This document shows positions 61,386 through 64,000 of a DNA stretch of 64,000 nt, in pieces (position 1 is the first letter of the stretch; each line of letters starts with the position of its first letter). This DNA comes from Okamejei kenojei. Its lineage: Eukaryota. Location of the stretch: assembly GCA_035221665.1 (NCBI GenBank), contig CM069160.1:8556001-8620000 (forward strand). The letters run 5' to 3'. The position numbers and the translations under genes are program-made. Under the pieces are notes generated by a model that saw only the letters and a list, made by a program, of their open reading frames with translations, ran no database searches and had not been told where the DNA came from.

Positions 61386-61900
61386 CCATAAACATCAACC
61401 TGACTACTGAATGATTAACCGCGAAGTTGATCATCTTTGAATTTAAATTTTAATTGATTTACAGTATCAGGATAAAGCATAAAACTACCTGCAAGATTGG
61501 TTTCAGAACCTGAGATCCTTGTAATTGATGCTACTGGCCCCTTGCTCTTTCCTTCGTGGTGTGATCAATAAAGTAGCTTTTAACCGCTCGCTTATTCGAA
61601 ATGTAGTTTCCCCTCCCAACTGCTATGGAGAATTGGCCTACAAGAAGGAAACCCCCCCCCCCCCCTCCCTCCCCCCTCACTTCACAACCCTGCTTAGAAA
61701 TTTGGATAGCATTTGGCACATCCTACTCCTTGTTCAGTTTACTCAATCTCCACAAAGGAGGGATCGCAATACTCCCATCTACACCGGCATGCACTGGCCT
61801 TGCCGTCAGAAGCCCAGATGCGATGCTTATTTTTGAGGCAGCAGCTCTCATTATTTGTGTACCTGTAATAATCTTACTTTCCTTAAATAAAAAGTGGAGC
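61386..61900 (+). other. B2M: B2M exon 4 (3'UTR)
   Basis: Strong acceptor tttctttgtttttgcag|. AATAAA at 61567, ~61885 and ~62325, so the end is uncertain. Confidence 0.7.
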
Positions 61901-62689
61901 CGTTAAATGATCACAGCAATTAACCTCCATCAGTGAACCTCACAAGTACATCCCCAGAAGGACATTGAGCTGAGAACTGTACATCCAAAGTCACCTTTTC
62001 CTCCCATGGTCCACTCGCATGGTGCATCTGAAAATACAGTTATCAGTTACTCCAACATTTTGTGCCTTTTGTCAACTAGTATCTAAAATTCCTTGTTTCT
62101 ATCTTATTTTGTAATCCTTCTGGCCAGTCTTCCTGCTGCACCCTTTCCCACAGTTGCATTCCTCCCTGGCTATTTGCATGGTTAAGTTCATATTCAGCTG
62201 TTGATTTAAATAATAATTTTTAACAGGCACAAACATGTGCCTTCATTTTTGCTGATATTTTAAATAGAATTGTTGGATTTTAGGGGGGTTCTTTTTATCA
62301 ATAATTCAATTGTATTACATGCTTAATAAAGGGTGATTATTCCATTACGCTTGCGTTTGTCATTTGTGAAATTTGGGTACAAGGAACCATTGTTGACATC
62401 GGTATTGGCGATACAACAACAACTTCCAGTTACATGGTGCCTTCAACTTGTCGAGCAGGTACAGAGAACAGTAAAGCACAGTAAGGAACCTTAGCATTCT
62501 CTCTCCATCCCTCCCTCTTCCCAGTTCTCTGACCAGTCTTTCTGCCTCCGACTGTATTTTATCTGTTTGCTTTGTTGTTACCTTCTCCCAGCAAACAATG
62601 ATCTATTCTATATTTTCCTTGATCTGCATTCCCTATATCCTATTTTTATACCTTTCACTTCCTTTATGAATCTCCCTCTCACCTGACAT

Positions 62690-63263
62690 CCCACGATCCC
62701 GGGAATTAACCTCGTAAACCTATGCTGCACTCCCTCACTAGCAAGAATGTACTTCCTCAAATTAGGGGACCAAAACTGCACACAACACACCTGCAGTATT
62801 GTGTGCAGTTTTGGTCCCCTAATTTGAGAGAATGGAGCAGCTGGGCTTGTACACTCTGGAGTTTAGAAGGATGAGAGGATATCTCATTGAAACATATACG
62901 ATTGTTAAGAGCTTGGATACACTAGAGGCAGGAAACATGTTCCCGATGTTGGGGGAGTCCAGAACCAGGGGCCACAGTTTAAGAATAAGGAGTAAGCCAT
63001 ATAGAACAGAGACGAGGAAACACTTTTTCTCACAGAGAGTGGTGAGTCTGTGGAATTCTCTGCCTCAGAGGGTGGTGGAGGCAGGTTCTCTGGATGCTTT
63101 CAAGAGAGAGCCAGATAGGGCTCTTTAAAAATAGCGGCGTCAGGGAATATGGGAAGATGCAGGAACAAGGTACTGATTGGGGATGATCAGCCATGATCAC
63201 ATTGACTAGTGGTGCTGGCTTGAAGGGCCAAATGACCTACTCCTGCACCTATTGTCTATTGTC
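62690..63263 (+). mobile_element. CR1 family D 3' fragment with inverted 5' segment
   Basis: ORF 62832-63128 and ATTGTCT tail. 62690-62785 is reverse-complement CR1. Confidence 0.88.
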
Positions 63264-64000
63264 AGTCTGAAGAATGGTCTTGAACTGAAACATCACCCAT
63301 TCCTTCTCTCCAGAGATGCTGCCTGTCCCGCTGAGTTACTCCAGCATTTTGTGTCTTATCAACAGTAAAGCACCAAAACAGGCCCACCATGTCTGTTCTG
63401 AATACGATGCCAAGACCAACTTTTATCTGCCTGCACATAACTCACTTCCATGCATATTGCTCAATGCCACAGTCACTCTGGAGTGAGTTTGAAATTTGAG
63501 CAACAGGAGGCAATATTACACAGGTGAGAGGATCTGAGGATAGGCAGATGTGAGATTTCCTTACGACAGAGGAGGTGGTCAACCGCCCATCTAGTGACTT
63601 GGGTTTGATCCAGATCTTGTTACTTACGTGGAGTTTGCACGATTTTCTTGTGACCACATGGTTCTTGATGGTTGGCATGAATGTGATGGACCAAAGGGCC
63701 TGCTTCCATGCTGTATGACTCCATAAGTGATCTGCCTGCTTCCATGCTGCTTCCATGGGTCTAACTCGGAGCCCTACAGTATTAATACAGACCCTTCAGC
63801 CTTATGGTGCTGACCTTAAAACATCCATCCACATGAACCTCATCATTTATCCTTCCCGTAATGTCATCAGCTCCCCCAAGATTCTCCCATTCACCCACAC
63901 ACAATGTACAGAAGCCAATACACCCATTAACCTCACGTCTTTGGGATGTGGTAGGAAATAGGAGACCCTGCACAAAATCCACGCAGTCACAAGGAGAATG

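Noticed and set aside
1-64000. CRISPR array, prokaryotic operon or defence system
   Set aside because: The sequence is spliced vertebrate DNA with no repeat-spacer array, and the RT ORFs are LINE-derived.

Overview
Repeat-rich vertebrate genomic DNA from a cartilaginous fish, probably a skate or ray. This is inferred from the HE1/V-SINE-type SINEs, abundant CR1 LINEs and an elasmobranch-type beta-2-microglobulin. Two host loci are visible. (1) Positions 1-21.1 kb hold a minus-strand tandem array of NAT8/camello-family membrane-anchored GNAT N-acetyltransferase genes. There are six near-identical young copies (three intact ORFs of 238-239 aa, three with indels that may be long-read errors) and two older degenerate copies. 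The typical copy has a non-coding 5' exon, a ~1 kb intron and one coding exon, and copies are separated by two spacer types. (2) Positions 55.6-62 kb hold a complete four-exon B2M gene (111 aa) with a CpG-island promoter carrying kB and S-X-Y motifs, plus an ISRE in intron 1. Between them lie ~33 kb of nested transposons: CR1 (one nearly full length), L1, Tx1, RTE, a Gypsy relic, Penelope relics with hammerhead-like motifs, hAT and Harbinger MITEs, a solo LTR and V-SINEs. This interval also contains a candidate NF-kB/IRF enhancer island and a 143-N assembly gap. All calls were made by eye without database searches, and repeat boundaries are approximate unless a TSD or TIR is quoted.
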